Source: Archaeoglobaceae archaeon (lineage in GTDB: Archaea; Halobacteriota; Archaeoglobi; Archaeoglobales; Archaeoglobaceae). Taken from it: DNA of 64,000 nt. Position numbers and translations under genes: made by a program. The stretch's first letter is position 1. Each line of letters opens with the position of its first letter. Below, piece after piece: positions 54,618 through 64,000 of the stretch. The stretch is taken from assembly GCA_040514265.1 (NCBI GenBank), contig JBEVCD010000017.1, positions 9,287 through 73,286 on the forward strand, given 5' to 3'. Under the pieces are notes generated by a model, which worked only from the letters and a program-made list of their open reading frames with translations, searched no databases and was not told the DNA's origin.

Positions 54618-55979
54618 ATGTGGGAGAGTGCGTTCGAGCTAGTTGAAAGGCTCAAGAGCGGAGAGCTGAGAGTCGAAGAAGTTGTCGATTACTGCTTCGA
54701 GAGGATAGAAAAGCTGAATCCTGAGATAAACGCCTTCGTGACCCTCGCGGACAGAGAAAAGCTAATTGAAGACGCTAAAGCTGCAAGAGATAAGCCCCTC
54801 GCCGGTCTGCCGATAGCCGTGAAGGACAACGTCGAGACGAGGGGTATGCGGACGACTTACGGCTCGAAGCTGTTCGCAGACCACGTGCCGGACGAGGATG
54901 CGGTGGTGGTGGAAAGACTGCGGAAAGCCGGGGCTACGATTTTGGGTAAGACGAACCTTCCGGAGTTCGGACTGATAGCCTACACAGACAACCCCCTTTT
55001 CGGCGTAACGAGGAACCCCTACGATCTCAGCAGAACCGTCGGAGGAAGCAGCGGAGGGAGTGCAGCCGCCGTGGCTGCGAAGATGGTCCCCGCCGCAACC
55101 GGCAACGACGGCGGAGGGAGCATAAGGATCCCCGCATCGTTCTGCAACCTCTTCGGATTCAAACCGACCTTCGGCAGAGTTCCGGTGTATCCGAAGCACC
55201 CGATATTCATAGACCTCCACTGCGAGGGTTTTCTGACGAGCTGCGTCGAGGATGCGGCGATGCTTCTCGATGTCGTGAAGGGCTACGATCCACGCGATCC
55301 GAAGTCGCTTCCGAGGGACGAGAGCTACGTCGAGGCGATAAGGGAGCAGCCCGAGGGTTCGAGGATAGCGCTGTCGATAGACCTCGGCTACGCAACCGTG
55401 GAGCCGGAGGTCGAGAGAATCGTCCGCAAAGCTGCTGAGAGACTCGAAGTTTTCGGCAGAGTTGAGGAGATCGACGTGAAACTGCCGAGCCTCGAAGCGG
55501 AACTCGTAAAGAAGGTCGTCCTCGAAACGGTAGCTTACATCGGTGACAGGATTGAGGAGTGGAAGAAGGTCGCGTATCCTCCCTACCTGGGTTTTCTGAG
55601 CATGGCTGAAACGCTCGGATGGAGGGACTACGTAGCAGTGCAGCACGCCGTGATCGAGTTCTGGAGGGCTGCGCGAAGAGTTTTCGAAGACTACGACTTC
55701 CTCGTCACGCCGACGGTAGCCGTTCCGCCGTTCGAGATCGGAAAAATAGGCGTGAGCGAGATCGCCGGTAAGCCGGCGACGCCGATAGGCTGGATGCCGT
55801 TCACTTACCCCTTCAACTTCACCTCCCAGCCAGCTGCCTCAGTTCCAGCGGGCTTCGCGGGCGAGCTCCCCGTCGGAATGCAGATAGTGGCGAGGCAGCA
55901 CGAAGACGCGGAGCTGCTGAGACTATGCAAGGGTTATCAAGACGTCTACGACTGGAGGAGGCAGGAGCCAAAGTTATGA
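54618..55979 (+). CDS. amidase (amidase-signature family)
   Basis: It has the AS signature [12 protein letters not shown] and the catalytic Lys/Ser-Ser context (AVKDN...). Confidence 0.85.
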   Translation: MWESAFELVERLKSGELRVEEVVDYCFERIEKLNPEINAFVTLADREKLIEDAKAARDKPLAGLPIAVKDNVETRGMRTTYGSKLFADHVPDEDAVVVERLRKAGATILGKTNLPEFGLIAYTDNPLFGVTRNPYDLSRTVGGSSGGSAAAVAAKMVPAATGNDGGGSIRIPASFCNLFGFKPTFGRVPVYPKHPIFIDLHCEGFLTSCVEDAAMLLDVVKGYDPRDPKSLPRDESYVEAIREQPEGSRIALSIDLGYATVEPEVERIVRKAAERLEVFGRVEEIDVKLPSLEAELVKKVVLETVAYIGDRIEEWKKVAYPPYLGFLSMAETLGWRDYVAVQHAVIEFWRAARRVFEDYDFLVTPTVAVPPFEIGKIGVSEIAGKPATPIGWMPFTYPFNFTSQPAASVPAGFAGELPVGMQIVARQHEDAELLRLCKGYQDVYDWRRQEPKL

Positions 55980-56725
55980 GACTCAAGGAACTCGTATCTT
56001 TCTTAGACGATTTCTTGAACGTAAAAGCCTTCAGGGACAAATCTCTGAACGGTCTGCAGGTCGAGGCGTGCGAAGACGTTCGCTCGGTAGCCTTTGCCGT
56101 TGACGCAACACTTAAGGCTATAGAGTCGGCAAGGGGTCACGATCTGCTGGTGGTTCACCACGGGATACTCTGGGGAGCCGAGAGGATAAGCGGACTGGTT
56201 GCAAAAAAGGTGAGAACACTCATGGAAAACCGAACGTCGCTTTACGCCGCTCACCTGCCGCTAGACGCGCACGAAGAAATCGGAAACTCTGTTTCGCTGC
56301 TTAAGGCGATGGGGTGCAGAATAGAGGGTGCGTTCGCCGAGATCGACGGCGTGAGGATTGGGTTTGTCGGTAGCTACGAGGACTCGAAGAAACTTGAGGA
56401 GTTCGAGGAGATACTCAGGAGCGTCGTCAATCCGAGCAGCGTAATCTACGCTTTCGGAACTTCGGAAGTGAGGAGAGTCGCCGCGGTAAGCGGAAGAGGC
56501 GGATTCGCTATCGCGGAGGCTTTCGAGATCGGTGCCGACGTCTTTCTAACTGGAGAGGTCGAGCTCGCAGCTTACAACGCAGCCAAGGACTTGGGAATCA
56601 ACATCGCGTTCGCCGGGCACTACGCCACCGAGAGGTTCGGGCTGCTCGAACTCATGAAAGTCGTGGCGGAACTGGGTCTCGAAGTCGAGTTCGTAGCCGA
56701 CGAAACGCTTCAGCGATTGATTTAA
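55976..56725 (+). CDS. Nif3-family dinuclear metal centre protein
   Basis: It has [16 protein letters not shown]...NGLQVE, LLVVHHG and AGHYATE motifs. Its start forms an ATGA overlap with the amidase stop codon. Confidence 0.8.
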   Translation: MRLKELVSFLDDFLNVKAFRDKSLNGLQVEACEDVRSVAFAVDATLKAIESARGHDLLVVHHGILWGAERISGLVAKKVRTLMENRTSLYAAHLPLDAHEEIGNSVSLLKAMGCRIEGAFAEIDGVRIGFVGSYEDSKKLEEFEEILRSVVNPSSVIYAFGTSEVRRVAAVSGRGGFAIAEAFEIGADVFLTGEVELAAYNAAKDLGINIAFAGHYATERFGLLELMKVVAELGLEVEFVADETLQRLI

Positions 56726-56747
56726 ATTTCCGGTGACGTCTTGCTGC

Positions 56748-59210
56748 ATGCGATACCGGCGCTACCTCGAGCTCGCAGTTGTAGCCGTAGCCTTCGCCGT
56801 CGCAGCCAAGCTCCGCATACTCAACCCCTGGAACGGGGTGTTCTCTTACACGGTCGTCCTCGGCGGTAACGACCCTTGGTACTACTACAGGCTCGTCGAG
56901 AACCTGCTCCACAACTTCCCGAACAGAATATGGTTCGATCCGTTTACCAACTACCCCTTCGGAACCTACACGCACTTCGGTCCTTTCCTGACATACCTCA
57001 GTGCGTTTGCTGCGATACTCGCCAACGCGAGCGGCGGCGAGGAACTTCGAAGAGTCCTTGCATTCATTCCGGCTATTGGCGGAATCCTCACGCTGATTCC
57101 AGTGTATTTCTTGACGAAAATTGTCTTCGGTCGTCGAACCGCTGCGATCGCGACGCTGTTCCTGGCAATAAGCCCCGGGCAGTTCCTGCAGCGCAGCCTG
57201 CTCGGCTTCAACGATCACCACGTGTGGGAGGTCTTCTGGATGCTCACGCTGATTGCTGCAATGCTCAAGGCGCTCGAAAAGGAGAGGAGTGCCTACTGGC
57301 TTCTCCCGGGCGTTGCTTACGGAATGTTCCTGCTGACGTGGGCTCCGTCCTTCGCATATTCCATCCTGATATTCGCGTTCCTCTTCTTCGCAGTCCTTCT
57401 CAAAGGGGAGATAGAAAGAAAATACTACGAGGTTTCGCTGCTCACGCTGCTGATCGCGGCAATTGTTTATCTACCGTTCGCTTTCAGGACGCCGCACTTT
57501 TCAACGACACACTATTCCCCCCTTCAGCTCGTGTTTCTGCTCGCGGTAACGGCTTTGGTAGGCTTGCTGTACCTCTTCGACAGGCATTACGAGAGGCTCA
57601 AGCTTCCGGTGGAGAAGAGGGTAGCGCTCGTGTTCATCGCCATTTTGGCGTTTTTCGTTGTAGCTCTCGGAACTCCAGCCGTCTACACCTCGATGCTCCA
57701 CGTAATAGGAGTTCTGCAACCCAAAGGTGGAGCTCTGACGATTGCCGAAGTCGCTCCGACTTTCTTCACGCAGAGCGGCGAGTTCACACTTGCGAAGGCG
57801 GTCGTTCTGATTTCCCCCCTCTTTCTGCTCGCAGTCCCTGGGATGCTCTACTCAGTATACCAGACGCTCAGAAAGAAAGACGTCTCGCAGCTCCTCGTTC
57901 TGATCTGGGGCTTTGCGATGCTCGTAGCTGTTGCCGGTCAGAACAGGTTCTGCTACTACTTCGCAGCCTTCACCGCCATCTACTCCGCACTCCTGATGGA
58001 TCTGATTCTCGAAAAGCTGCATGCTTACAGGTTGCTCGAAGGGAATTTCAGCAGAGCTCGCGTAGCTCTGGCTGTAATTCTGCTCATTGCGGCGATCTAT
58101 CCAACTTACGTCCTCGCGGAGGAGGCTTCGAGCCACTCGGGCGGAATGCCGAAGCAGTGGTACGACGCTCTGGTATGGTTGAAAAACAACTCGCCGGACG
58201 GAAACTACGACGAGTATTACCTGCAGCTCTACGAACCTTCGCCGAACCTCTCGCAGCCGTATCCGTATCCGTTCGAAACTTACGGCGTGATGAGCTGGTG
58301 GGACTACGGGCACTGGATAGAAGCGGTGGCGCACAGAATGCCGAACGCGAACCCGTTCCAGCAGGGAATAGGGAGCTTCGAAGGAAAACCCGGCGCGGCT
58401 CCGTTCTTCGTCACTGACGACGAGAGTTACGCGGAAAAGATCGCCGAAGAGCTGCGGGTAAAGTACGTCGTGAGCGATGTCCAGATGGCTACCGGCAAGT
58501 TCCACGCGATGGCTACGTGGGCTGAGGGCAGCCTTGGAAAAGCCGGCGAATACTACGGATATTACATCTACTTCGACGGACAGAGAGTTGGTCTGACGAG
58601 AGATCCGTTTTTGGCGCCTCCGAATTCCTTAGTAGTCCCGCTGAACTTGCCGAGCGAGAAGTACTGTGCTACGATGGAAGCCAAGCTACACATGATGGAT
58701 GCCAGCGGTTTGTCGCACTACAGACTGATCTACGAGAGTCCTCCACCGGGAGATGCCAGGCTATATGCGGGCAACGAGAGTGAAATTGTAGTCGGAGCCA
58801 TCTACGTCAGCTATCAGGCTGGAGTCAACACCGTGTACCTTTACGCCACCCAGGAAGTGCTGTACAAGACTGCTTGCAAGCTCCTCGGCTTCAACGTAAG
58901 CATTCAACCCAGCGGGTTCGTCAAGATCTTTGAGAGGGTTAAGGGAGCGGTCGTAACTGGCAAAGCTAGTGGCGAAACGGTAAAAGCCTACACAGTAGTC
59001 AGGACGAACCAGAACAGAACGTTCGTCTACGAGATCGAGGCGAAGGTCGAGAACGGCGAGTACAGGCTGACGCTGCCTTACGCTCAGGAGACGAGGTATC
59101 CCGTTAAGGCGATCGAGCCCTACAGGATAGTTTCTGGCAACGTGACGAAGCTGCTGACGCTGAGCGATGCCGACGTCGAGGGAAGGGTTATCGAGCTCGA
59201 CCTCATCTGA
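56748..59210 (+). CDS. aglB: archaeal oligosaccharyltransferase AglB (STT3 family)
   Basis: It has a multi-TM N-terminal domain, the WWDYGHW motif and a soluble C-terminal domain. The start is ATG 56748 or GTG 56733. Confidence 0.9.
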   Translation: MRYRRYLELAVVAVAFAVAAKLRILNPWNGVFSYTVVLGGNDPWYYYRLVENLLHNFPNRIWFDPFTNYPFGTYTHFGPFLTYLSAFAAILANASGGEELRRVLAFIPAIGGILTLIPVYFLTKIVFGRRTAAIATLFLAISPGQFLQRSLLGFNDHHVWEVFWMLTLIAAMLKALEKERSAYWLLPGVAYGMFLLTWAPSFAYSILIFAFLFFAVLLKGEIERKYYEVSLLTLLIAAIVYLPFAFRTPHFSTTHYSPLQLVFLLAVTALVGLLYLFDRHYERLKLPVEKRVALVFIAILAFFVVALGTPAVYTSMLHVIGVLQPKGGALTIAEVAPTFFTQSGEFTLAKAVVLISPLFLLAVPGMLYSVYQTLRKKDVSQLLVLIWGFAMLVAVAGQNRFCYYFAAFTAIYSALLMDLILEKLHAYRLLEGNFSRARVALAVILLIAAIYPTYVLAEEASSHSGGMPKQWYDALVWLKNNSPDGNYDEYYLQLYEPSPNLSQPYPYPFETYGVMSWWDYGHWIEAVAHRMPNANPFQQGIGSFEGKPGAAPFFVTDDESYAEKIAEELRVKYVVSDVQMATGKFHAMATWAEGSLGKAGEYYGYYIYFDGQRVGLTRDPFLAPPNSLVVPLNLPSEKYCATMEAKLHMMDASGLSHYRLIYESPPPGDARLYAGNESEIVVGAIYVSYQAGVNTVYLYATQEVLYKTACKLLGFNVSIQPSGFVKIFERVKGAVVTGKASGETVKAYTVVRTNQNRTFVYEIEAKVENGEYRLTLPYAQETRYPVKAIEPYRIVSGNVTKLLTLSDADVEGRVIELDLI

Positions 59211-60114
59211 GGTGAACGCACTCTCCGACGAGCACTTTTTTACCGTTTACGATCAAAGAACCGTCGTCGTCGACGTCGGCTACCCCTTCAATCACGCCGC
59301 TCGGAGTGCGAACCCGAACCCTCCTGCCGATCGTCGTGCAGAGTTTCCTGTATTCCGAGATCGTTTCGTCCCAGCTTAGCTTCGAAACGATTGCGAACTG
59401 CCTGGCTATCCTTTCGAAGACCTCGTTCACGCTGCAGATCCCGTAGTCGCAGAGCGATGCGGCTCCGGGATACCTGTTCCTGACGTTCACGCCGACACCG
59501 ACTACGACTACGGGCTCTTCGTAGCTGCCTGCCAGCTCGCAGAGGATCCCGCAGACCTTCTTACCCTCTACCAGAACATCGTTCGGCCACTTCAGCTCCG
59601 CATCGAGAGCTCTGGCAACAGCTAATCCGGCGACGATCGTAACCCTGTGCAGCTCTTCGAACCTCGGAGACAGCGTCAGGCTGAAGTAGAGACCGCCCTT
59701 CTCGCTGCTCCAGCTCCTCCCCCACCTACCTCTGCCGGCGGTCTGCTGTTCTGCGAAGAACAGCAAATTCGGCTTCGCGACGCTCCTAGCCCTTTCGTTC
59801 GTCGAGTCCACTACGTCGTAGTACCTCACCTCTTCGACGCCGAGGTGCTCGAAGGCTACCCTCGCAACTGCATACGGGTTCGGATCAGCTTCGCCTCGTA
59901 TCTCGTATCCCCTTCCGCTGCGGGCGGCGATGTTTATGTACTTCCTCATCCTCCCGATGTACTTCCACACAGCAACTCTGCTCACCCCGAGTTCTGCGGC
60001 TATTTCCTCTCCGCTGGATGCCCGGGAAGACAGCTTCAAGTAGACCAAGTAGTCTTTCGAATTCCTCCGCAGCACGATTTCAGTCGAAGTGCCTCGCGTC
60101 GATTCTGATCTCAT
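59203..60114 (-). CDS. birA: biotin--[acetyl-CoA-carboxylase] ligase with N-terminal HTH (BirA-like)
   Basis: It has an HTH (SGEEIAAELGVSRVAVWKYI), GRGRWGRSW and KWPNDV motifs. The start is ATG 60114 (overlaps the upstream gene) or GTG 60075. Confidence 0.85.
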   Translation of the reverse strand: MRSESTRGTSTEIVLRRNSKDYLVYLKLSSRASSGEEIAAELGVSRVAVWKYIGRMRKYINIAARSGRGYEIRGEADPNPYAVARVAFEHLGVEEVRYYDVVDSTNERARSVAKPNLLFFAEQQTAGRGRWGRSWSSEKGGLYFSLTLSPRFEELHRVTIVAGLAVARALDAELKWPNDVLVEGKKVCGILCELAGSYEEPVVVVGVGVNVRNRYPGAASLCDYGICSVNEVFERIARQFAIVSKLSWDETISEYRKLCTTIGRRVRVRTPSGVIEGVADVDDDGSLIVNGKKVLVGECVHLR

Positions 60115-61018
60115 CTTCGACGCCCGCGTAGCCGAGCCTCTCTCTGATCACGACGTAAGCCATTTCCGGAGGTATCGCGCCGATTTCGGTGATTATTACA
60201 TCGATATAATCGCGGGGTGTCACGTCGAAAGCCGGGTTTCGAACCCTCACCCCCAGATCGAGGATCTCCTTGGGAGCGACTTCGCTCGCGTCGCGTTCCT
60301 CTATTACCACGAGCTCGCCGTAGAGTGTTTTCGGACTGAACTTGTACGTCTCTGCGGCTACCATGAAGGGAACTCTCGCCTCCTTTGCAGCCAGAGCTAT
60401 CATCGAAGTTCCGATCTTGTTTATCAGAGCACCGTTCGCCGTGATCGTGTCAGCTCCCACTATGACACAGTCCACATCCTTCATGAAGTAGCGAACGGCT
60501 GAATCGACGATGAGCGTGACGTCGATGCCCTCGCTGCGCAGCTGTCTGACGGTTATGTGCCCCTGCATCCTCGGACGCGACTCCGTGGCTATGACCTCCA
60601 CCCTCTTTCCATTCTCATGCGCTTTCTTTATTACCGAAAGGGCTGCCGACGAGTTGCAGTGCGTCATGACGACGTATCCGTCCTTTATCCTCTTCTCCCC
60701 GATCTCCCCTATTAGCCTCTGCGCATTCTCGACCCAGCTAACGAACTCCTCAGCCCTCCTAATGACGTCTGCCCTCTTCTCCTCTACGCTATCGCCGCGG
60801 TACCTCATAACGTAGTTCACCGCGTTGTATAAACTCACAGCCGTAGGTCTGGTGTTCAGCAGGATTTCGGCAGCTTTCCGCATCTCCTCGTCGAACCTCT
60901 CGGCGCTCGCAATTTCTGCGAACTTTCTCAGCGTCTCTGCTGCGAACCTCGCTATCCTCGCAGCCCCGCGAACCTCCATGCTTTTTATTTTCTCAGCCGC
61001 CTCGACCACGAGTTCCAT
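60080..61018 (-). CDS. eIF-2B alpha/beta/delta-family protein, likely ribose-1,5-bisphosphate isomerase
   Basis: 312 aa with family motifs (MEVRGAARIA, TRPTAVSL, GADTITANGALINKIGT). The specific activity is inferred by analogy with Thermococcus R15P isomerase. Confidence 0.7.
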   Translation of the reverse strand: MELVVEAAEKIKSMEVRGAARIARFAAETLRKFAEIASAERFDEEMRKAAEILLNTRPTAVSLYNAVNYVMRYRGDSVEEKRADVIRRAEEFVSWVENAQRLIGEIGEKRIKDGYVVMTHCNSSAALSVIKKAHENGKRVEVIATESRPRMQGHITVRQLRSEGIDVTLIVDSAVRYFMKDVDCVIVGADTITANGALINKIGTSMIALAAKEARVPFMVAAETYKFSPKTLYGELVVIEERDASEVAPKEILDLGVRVRNPAFDVTPRDYIDVIITEIGAIPPEMAYVVIRERLGYAGVEDEIRIDARHFD

Positions 61019-61081
61019 CGCTCGAAGTCGGCTGACGGAAATAAACCTTACCTTTTAAAACAGCCCTGTCGATGCGGGCTC

Positions 61082-62725
61082 GTGAAAGAGCTCGTGATGA
61101 AGTACGTCGCGATGAACGCTGCGAAGTACGGAAAGCCGAACGAAAAGGCTGTCCTCGGCAAGGTGATAGCCGAGAATCCCGAACTGAAGGCGAGAGTAAA
61201 GGAGGTAATCGAGCTTGTAAAGCAGTGCATAGCAGAGTTCGAGGAGATGAGCGAGGACGAAAAGAGGAGGCTGATGGAGTTATACTCGGTGGAGGAACAG
61301 AAGAAGGAGAAGGAGCCGAAGCTTCCTCCACTCGAAAGGGCTGAGAAAGGCAAAGTCGTCATGCGTTTCGCTCCGAATCCCAACGGTCCTCCGACGCTGG
61401 GTTCGGCGAGGGGAATAATAGTGAACGGGGAATACGCGAAGATCTACGACGGCAAGTTCATAATCCGCTTCGACGACACCGACCCCCGCACCAAGAGACC
61501 CATGCTCGAAGCCTACGACTGGTACATCGAGGATGCAGAGTGGCTGGGATACAAGCCGGACGAAGTCGTTTATGCATCGAAAAGGATACCGATATACTAC
61601 GAGTACGCGGAGAGACTCATCGAGATGGGAAAAGCCTACGTCTGCTTCTGCCCCCGCGAAGAGTTCAGCAGGTATCGCAGCGAGGGAGTTGAATGCCCGC
61701 ACAGAAGTACGAGCGTCGAGGAAAACCTTGAAAGCTGGCAGAAGATGCTGGAGGGCGCATTCGAAGAGGGAGAAGCAGTCTTGAGGATAAAGACGGACAT
61801 GAAGCACCCGGACCCGGCTGTAAGGGACTGGGTGGCATTCAGGATAATATACGAGTCGCACCCGCTGGTCGGCGACGCTTACTTCGTCTACCCCACGCTC
61901 GACTTCGAGTCGGCTATAGAGGACAGACTTCTCGGAGTCACACACATAATAAGGGGCAAAGACCTGATGGACTCCGAGAGGAGGCAGAGGTACATATACG
62001 ACTACTTCGGCTGGGAGTATCCGGTGACCAAGCACTGGGGGAAGATCAGGATACACGAGTTCGGAAAGCTCTCGACTTCGGAGCTCCGCAGAGCCATCGA
62101 AGCGGGCGAATACGAGGGCTGGGACGACCCGAGGCTACCGACGATAAGAGCCCTCCGCCGCCGCGGATTCGAGCCGGAGGCTATAAGGAGGTTCATACTG
62201 TCCCTCGGCGTCGGCGAAAACGACGTTGCTGTGAGCATGAAGAACCTCTACGCCGAGAACCGCAAGCTGATCGACAGCAAGGCGAACCGCTACTTCTTCG
62301 TCTGGAACCCCGTTGAGATCGAGATAGTCGGACTTCCAGAGGAGAGAGAGGTTACGCTTCCGCTCAACCCGAGAGGCGGCGAAAGGAGGCTGAGAGGAGA
62401 GGCGAGGGTGATGGTGACGAGGGAGGACTTCGAGAAGTTCAGAGGGCAGGTCGTGAGGCTCAAGGACTTCTGCAACATCGTCCTCGACGAGAAATCCGAG
62501 TTCGTGAGCTTCGAGCTCGGAAACGTGAAGAAGGGGAGAATAATCCACTGGCTGCCGCTGAGCCAGGCTGTGAGGTGCAGAGTTATAGGAGAAGTTTCCA
62601 AGGAGGGATTCTGCGAGGTGAACGTGGAAAACGACGTCGGCAGGGTCGTTCAGTTCGAGCGGTTCGCGTTCTGCATGGTGGAGAAGTTTGATGAGGAGGT
62701 AGTCGCGGTTTACACGCATCCTTAA
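61082..62725 (+). CDS. gltX: glutamyl-tRNA synthetase (archaeal type)
   Basis: It has a class I HIGH-like region (RFAPNPNGPPTLGSARG) and the archaeal GluRS architecture. The start is GTG. Confidence 0.9.
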   Translation: MKELVMKYVAMNAAKYGKPNEKAVLGKVIAENPELKARVKEVIELVKQCIAEFEEMSEDEKRRLMELYSVEEQKKEKEPKLPPLERAEKGKVVMRFAPNPNGPPTLGSARGIIVNGEYAKIYDGKFIIRFDDTDPRTKRPMLEAYDWYIEDAEWLGYKPDEVVYASKRIPIYYEYAERLIEMGKAYVCFCPREEFSRYRSEGVECPHRSTSVEENLESWQKMLEGAFEEGEAVLRIKTDMKHPDPAVRDWVAFRIIYESHPLVGDAYFVYPTLDFESAIEDRLLGVTHIIRGKDLMDSERRQRYIYDYFGWEYPVTKHWGKIRIHEFGKLSTSELRRAIEAGEYEGWDDPRLPTIRALRRRGFEPEAIRRFILSLGVGENDVAVSMKNLYAENRKLIDSKANRYFFVWNPVEIEIVGLPEEREVTLPLNPRGGERRLRGEARVMVTREDFEKFRGQVVRLKDFCNIVLDEKSEFVSFELGNVKKGRIIHWLPLSQAVRCRVIGEVSKEGFCEVNVENDVGRVVQFERFAFCMVEKFDEEVVAVYTHP

Positions 62726-62737
62726 GGAGGTGTCGCC

Positions 62738-64000
62738 TTGAGGTACTACACAGCCGATTTGAAGCCCGAAATGGACGGTCAGAGGGTAGAGCTCTACGGC
62801 TGGGTTCACGAGATAAGAGATCATGGCGGACTCGTCTTCGTCGTTCTTAGAGACAGGGAAGGTTTCGTGCAGGTGACGCTGCCGAAGAGGAAGGTCCCGG
62901 AGGAGGCGTTCAGAACGGCGAAGGGTTTGAAGAGGGAGAGCGTGATAAAAGTTGAGGGCGTCGTGAAAGCCGAACCGAAAGCTCCAAACGGGCTCGAAGT
63001 TATTCCAGAGAGGATAGTCGTTCTGAATGAGGCGGCAACACCTCTCCCGCTCGAAGTGACCGAGAAGGTGCCGGCGGAGCTCGACACGAGGCTCGACCAC
63101 CGCTTTATGGACCTCCGCCGCCCCAAGGTTCAGGCTATTTTCAGGGTAAGACACCAGATTATGCAGAGTGTCCGCGAGTTTCTGAGCGGGGAGGGCTTCA
63201 TAGAGGTTCACACGCCGAAGATCGTCTCCACGGCAACGGAAGGCGGAACCGAGCTTTTTCCGATAAGCTACTTCGAGAAGGAGGCTTTCCTCAACCAGAG
63301 CCCGCAGCTCTACAAGCAGGTGCTGATGGCTGCGGGATTCGAGAAGGTATTTGAAATAGGACCGATCTTCAGAGCTGAGGAGCACAACACGACGAGACAC
63401 CTGAACGAGGCGATTTCCATAGACATCGAGATGAGCTTCACCGACCACGAGGGCGTGATGCGGGTGCTCGAAAGGCTGGTGGCGAAGGTCTGCGAAGACG
63501 TCAGCGAGAAGTGCGAGAGGTACCTTTCTTGGCTAGGGGCGAGCGTTGAGGTTCCGCAGGTTCCGTTCGAGAGGGTCAAGTACGATGAGGCGCTTGAGAT
63601 CGCAGCGTCGAAGGGCGAAGAGATTCCTTGGGGTGAAGATTTGAGCACGGCGGCGCTGAGAATACTGGGCGAGGAAATCGGGGGCTACTACTTCATCGTC
63701 GACTGGCCGACGGAGTCCAAGCCGTTCTACGTCATGCCCTACGACGACAAGCCGGAGGTTTCGAAGAGCTTCGACCTCATGCACGGCTGGCTGGAGCTGG
63801 CAAGCGGCGCGCAGAGGATCCACAAGTACGACCTGCTGGTGGATATGATAAAGGCGAAGGGCTTACAGCCGGAGAGCTTCGGTTTCTACCTCGAAGCCTT
63901 CCGCTACGGAATGCCGCCGCATGCGGGCTGGGGGCTCGGTGCCGAAAGGTTGCTGATGGCTATGCTCGGTCTGAGCAACATAAGGGAAGCCACGCTCTTC
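62738..64000 (+). CDS. aspS: aspartyl-tRNA synthetase, 5' partial (continues past the window end)
   Basis: The TTG start lies 7 nt after AGGAGGTG. The translation LRYYTADLKPEMDGQRVELYGWVHEIRDHGGLVFVVLRDREGFVQV (OB fold), FRAEEHNTTRHLNE (motif 2) and GLGAERL (motif 3) stays open to the window end. It is absent from the ORF track because it has no stop codon in the window. Confidence 0.9.
   Translation, partial: MRYYTADLKPEMDGQRVELYGWVHEIRDHGGLVFVVLRDREGFVQVTLPKRKVPEEAFRTAKGLKRESVIKVEGVVKAEPKAPNGLEVIPERIVVLNEAATPLPLEVTEKVPAELDTRLDHRFMDLRRPKVQAIFRVRHQIMQSVREFLSGEGFIEVHTPKIVSTATEGGTELFPISYFEKEAFLNQSPQLYKQVLMAAGFEKVFEIGPIFRAEEHNTTRHLNEAISIDIEMSFTDHEGVMRVLERLVAKVCEDVSEKCERYLSWLGASVEVPQVPFERVKYDEALEIAASKGEEIPWGEDLSTAALRILGEEIGGYYFIVDWPTESKPFYVMPYDDKPEVSKSFDLMHGWLELASGAQRIHKYDLLVDMIKAKGLQPESFGFYLEAFRYGMPPHAGWGLGAERLLMAMLGLSNIREATLF

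Noticed and set aside
56876-58417. 513-aa plus-strand ORF in an alternative frame of aglB
   Set aside because: It has an Arg/Ser/Pro-rich composition typical of an off-frame read of a GC-rich third-position gene. The AglB frame carries the WWDYG motif and the TM helices.
62135-63448. 437-aa minus-strand ORF spanning the gltX/aspS junction
   Set aside because: It lies antisense to two unmistakable aminoacyl-tRNA synthetase genes and has a low-information sequence. The real aspS is missing from the ORF track only because it has a TTG start and no stop codon in the window.
1-64000. Scan for CRISPR arrays, IS elements or transposases, rRNA, inteins and prophage genes
   Set aside because: None was seen. 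There are no regularly spaced direct repeats, no transposase or integrase-like ORFs, and MCM has no intein-sized insertion.

Overview
The window is a densely coding stretch of an archaeal chromosome. By inference it is Euryarchaeota and Archaeoglobales-like, based on archaeal information-processing genes, a DUF22-type repeat protein, an Hme/Dsr-like membrane redox complex and multihaem c-type cytochromes. I support about 68 genes.

Recognisable housekeeping genes:
- RNA processing: RNase P component 3, Nop10, Cgi121, KptA
- Translation: aIF2-alpha, ribosomal protein S6e, and the ValRS, PheRS-alpha, GluRS and AspRS synthetases
- Replication: MCM and a PriS-like primase
- Metabolism: archaeal SAM synthetase, PEP synthase, IorA, thiolase, NMN adenylyltransferase, archaeal shikimate kinase
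- Purine salvage: hpt, ade and an NCS2 permease
- Other: AglB, BirA, one tRNA-Lys(UUU)

Genes are tightly packed, with many 4-nt ATGA/GTGA overlaps. Intergenic spacers are AT-rich and carry TATA-like boxes about 20-30 nt upstream of start codons. I saw no CRISPR array, transposase, integrase or rRNA.

Most interesting regions:
1. 40762-45657: a six-gene, translationally coupled respiratory operon. It encodes an NrfD-like subunit, a Tat-FeS subunit, three tandem paralogous small multihaem cytochromes, and a fused NarI-like/HdrD-like subunit.
2. 6178-9167: a three-fold DUF22 repeat protein lying tail-to-tail with an SPASM-type radical SAM enzyme and an RHH regulator.
3. 5088-6053: a multihaem cytochrome with a PGF-CTERM-like anchor, broken by three frameshifts that each fall where a homopolymer run lies.
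4. 23385-25742: an operon of KaiC-like ATPase, Roadblock/LC7 protein and an unknown 411-aa protein.
5. 40438-40686: a LysW-like zinc-ribbon protein with an extreme poly-Glu/Tyr tail.

All functional calls come from reading the translated ORFs by eye. No database search was run. Start codons are often uncertain by a few codons.
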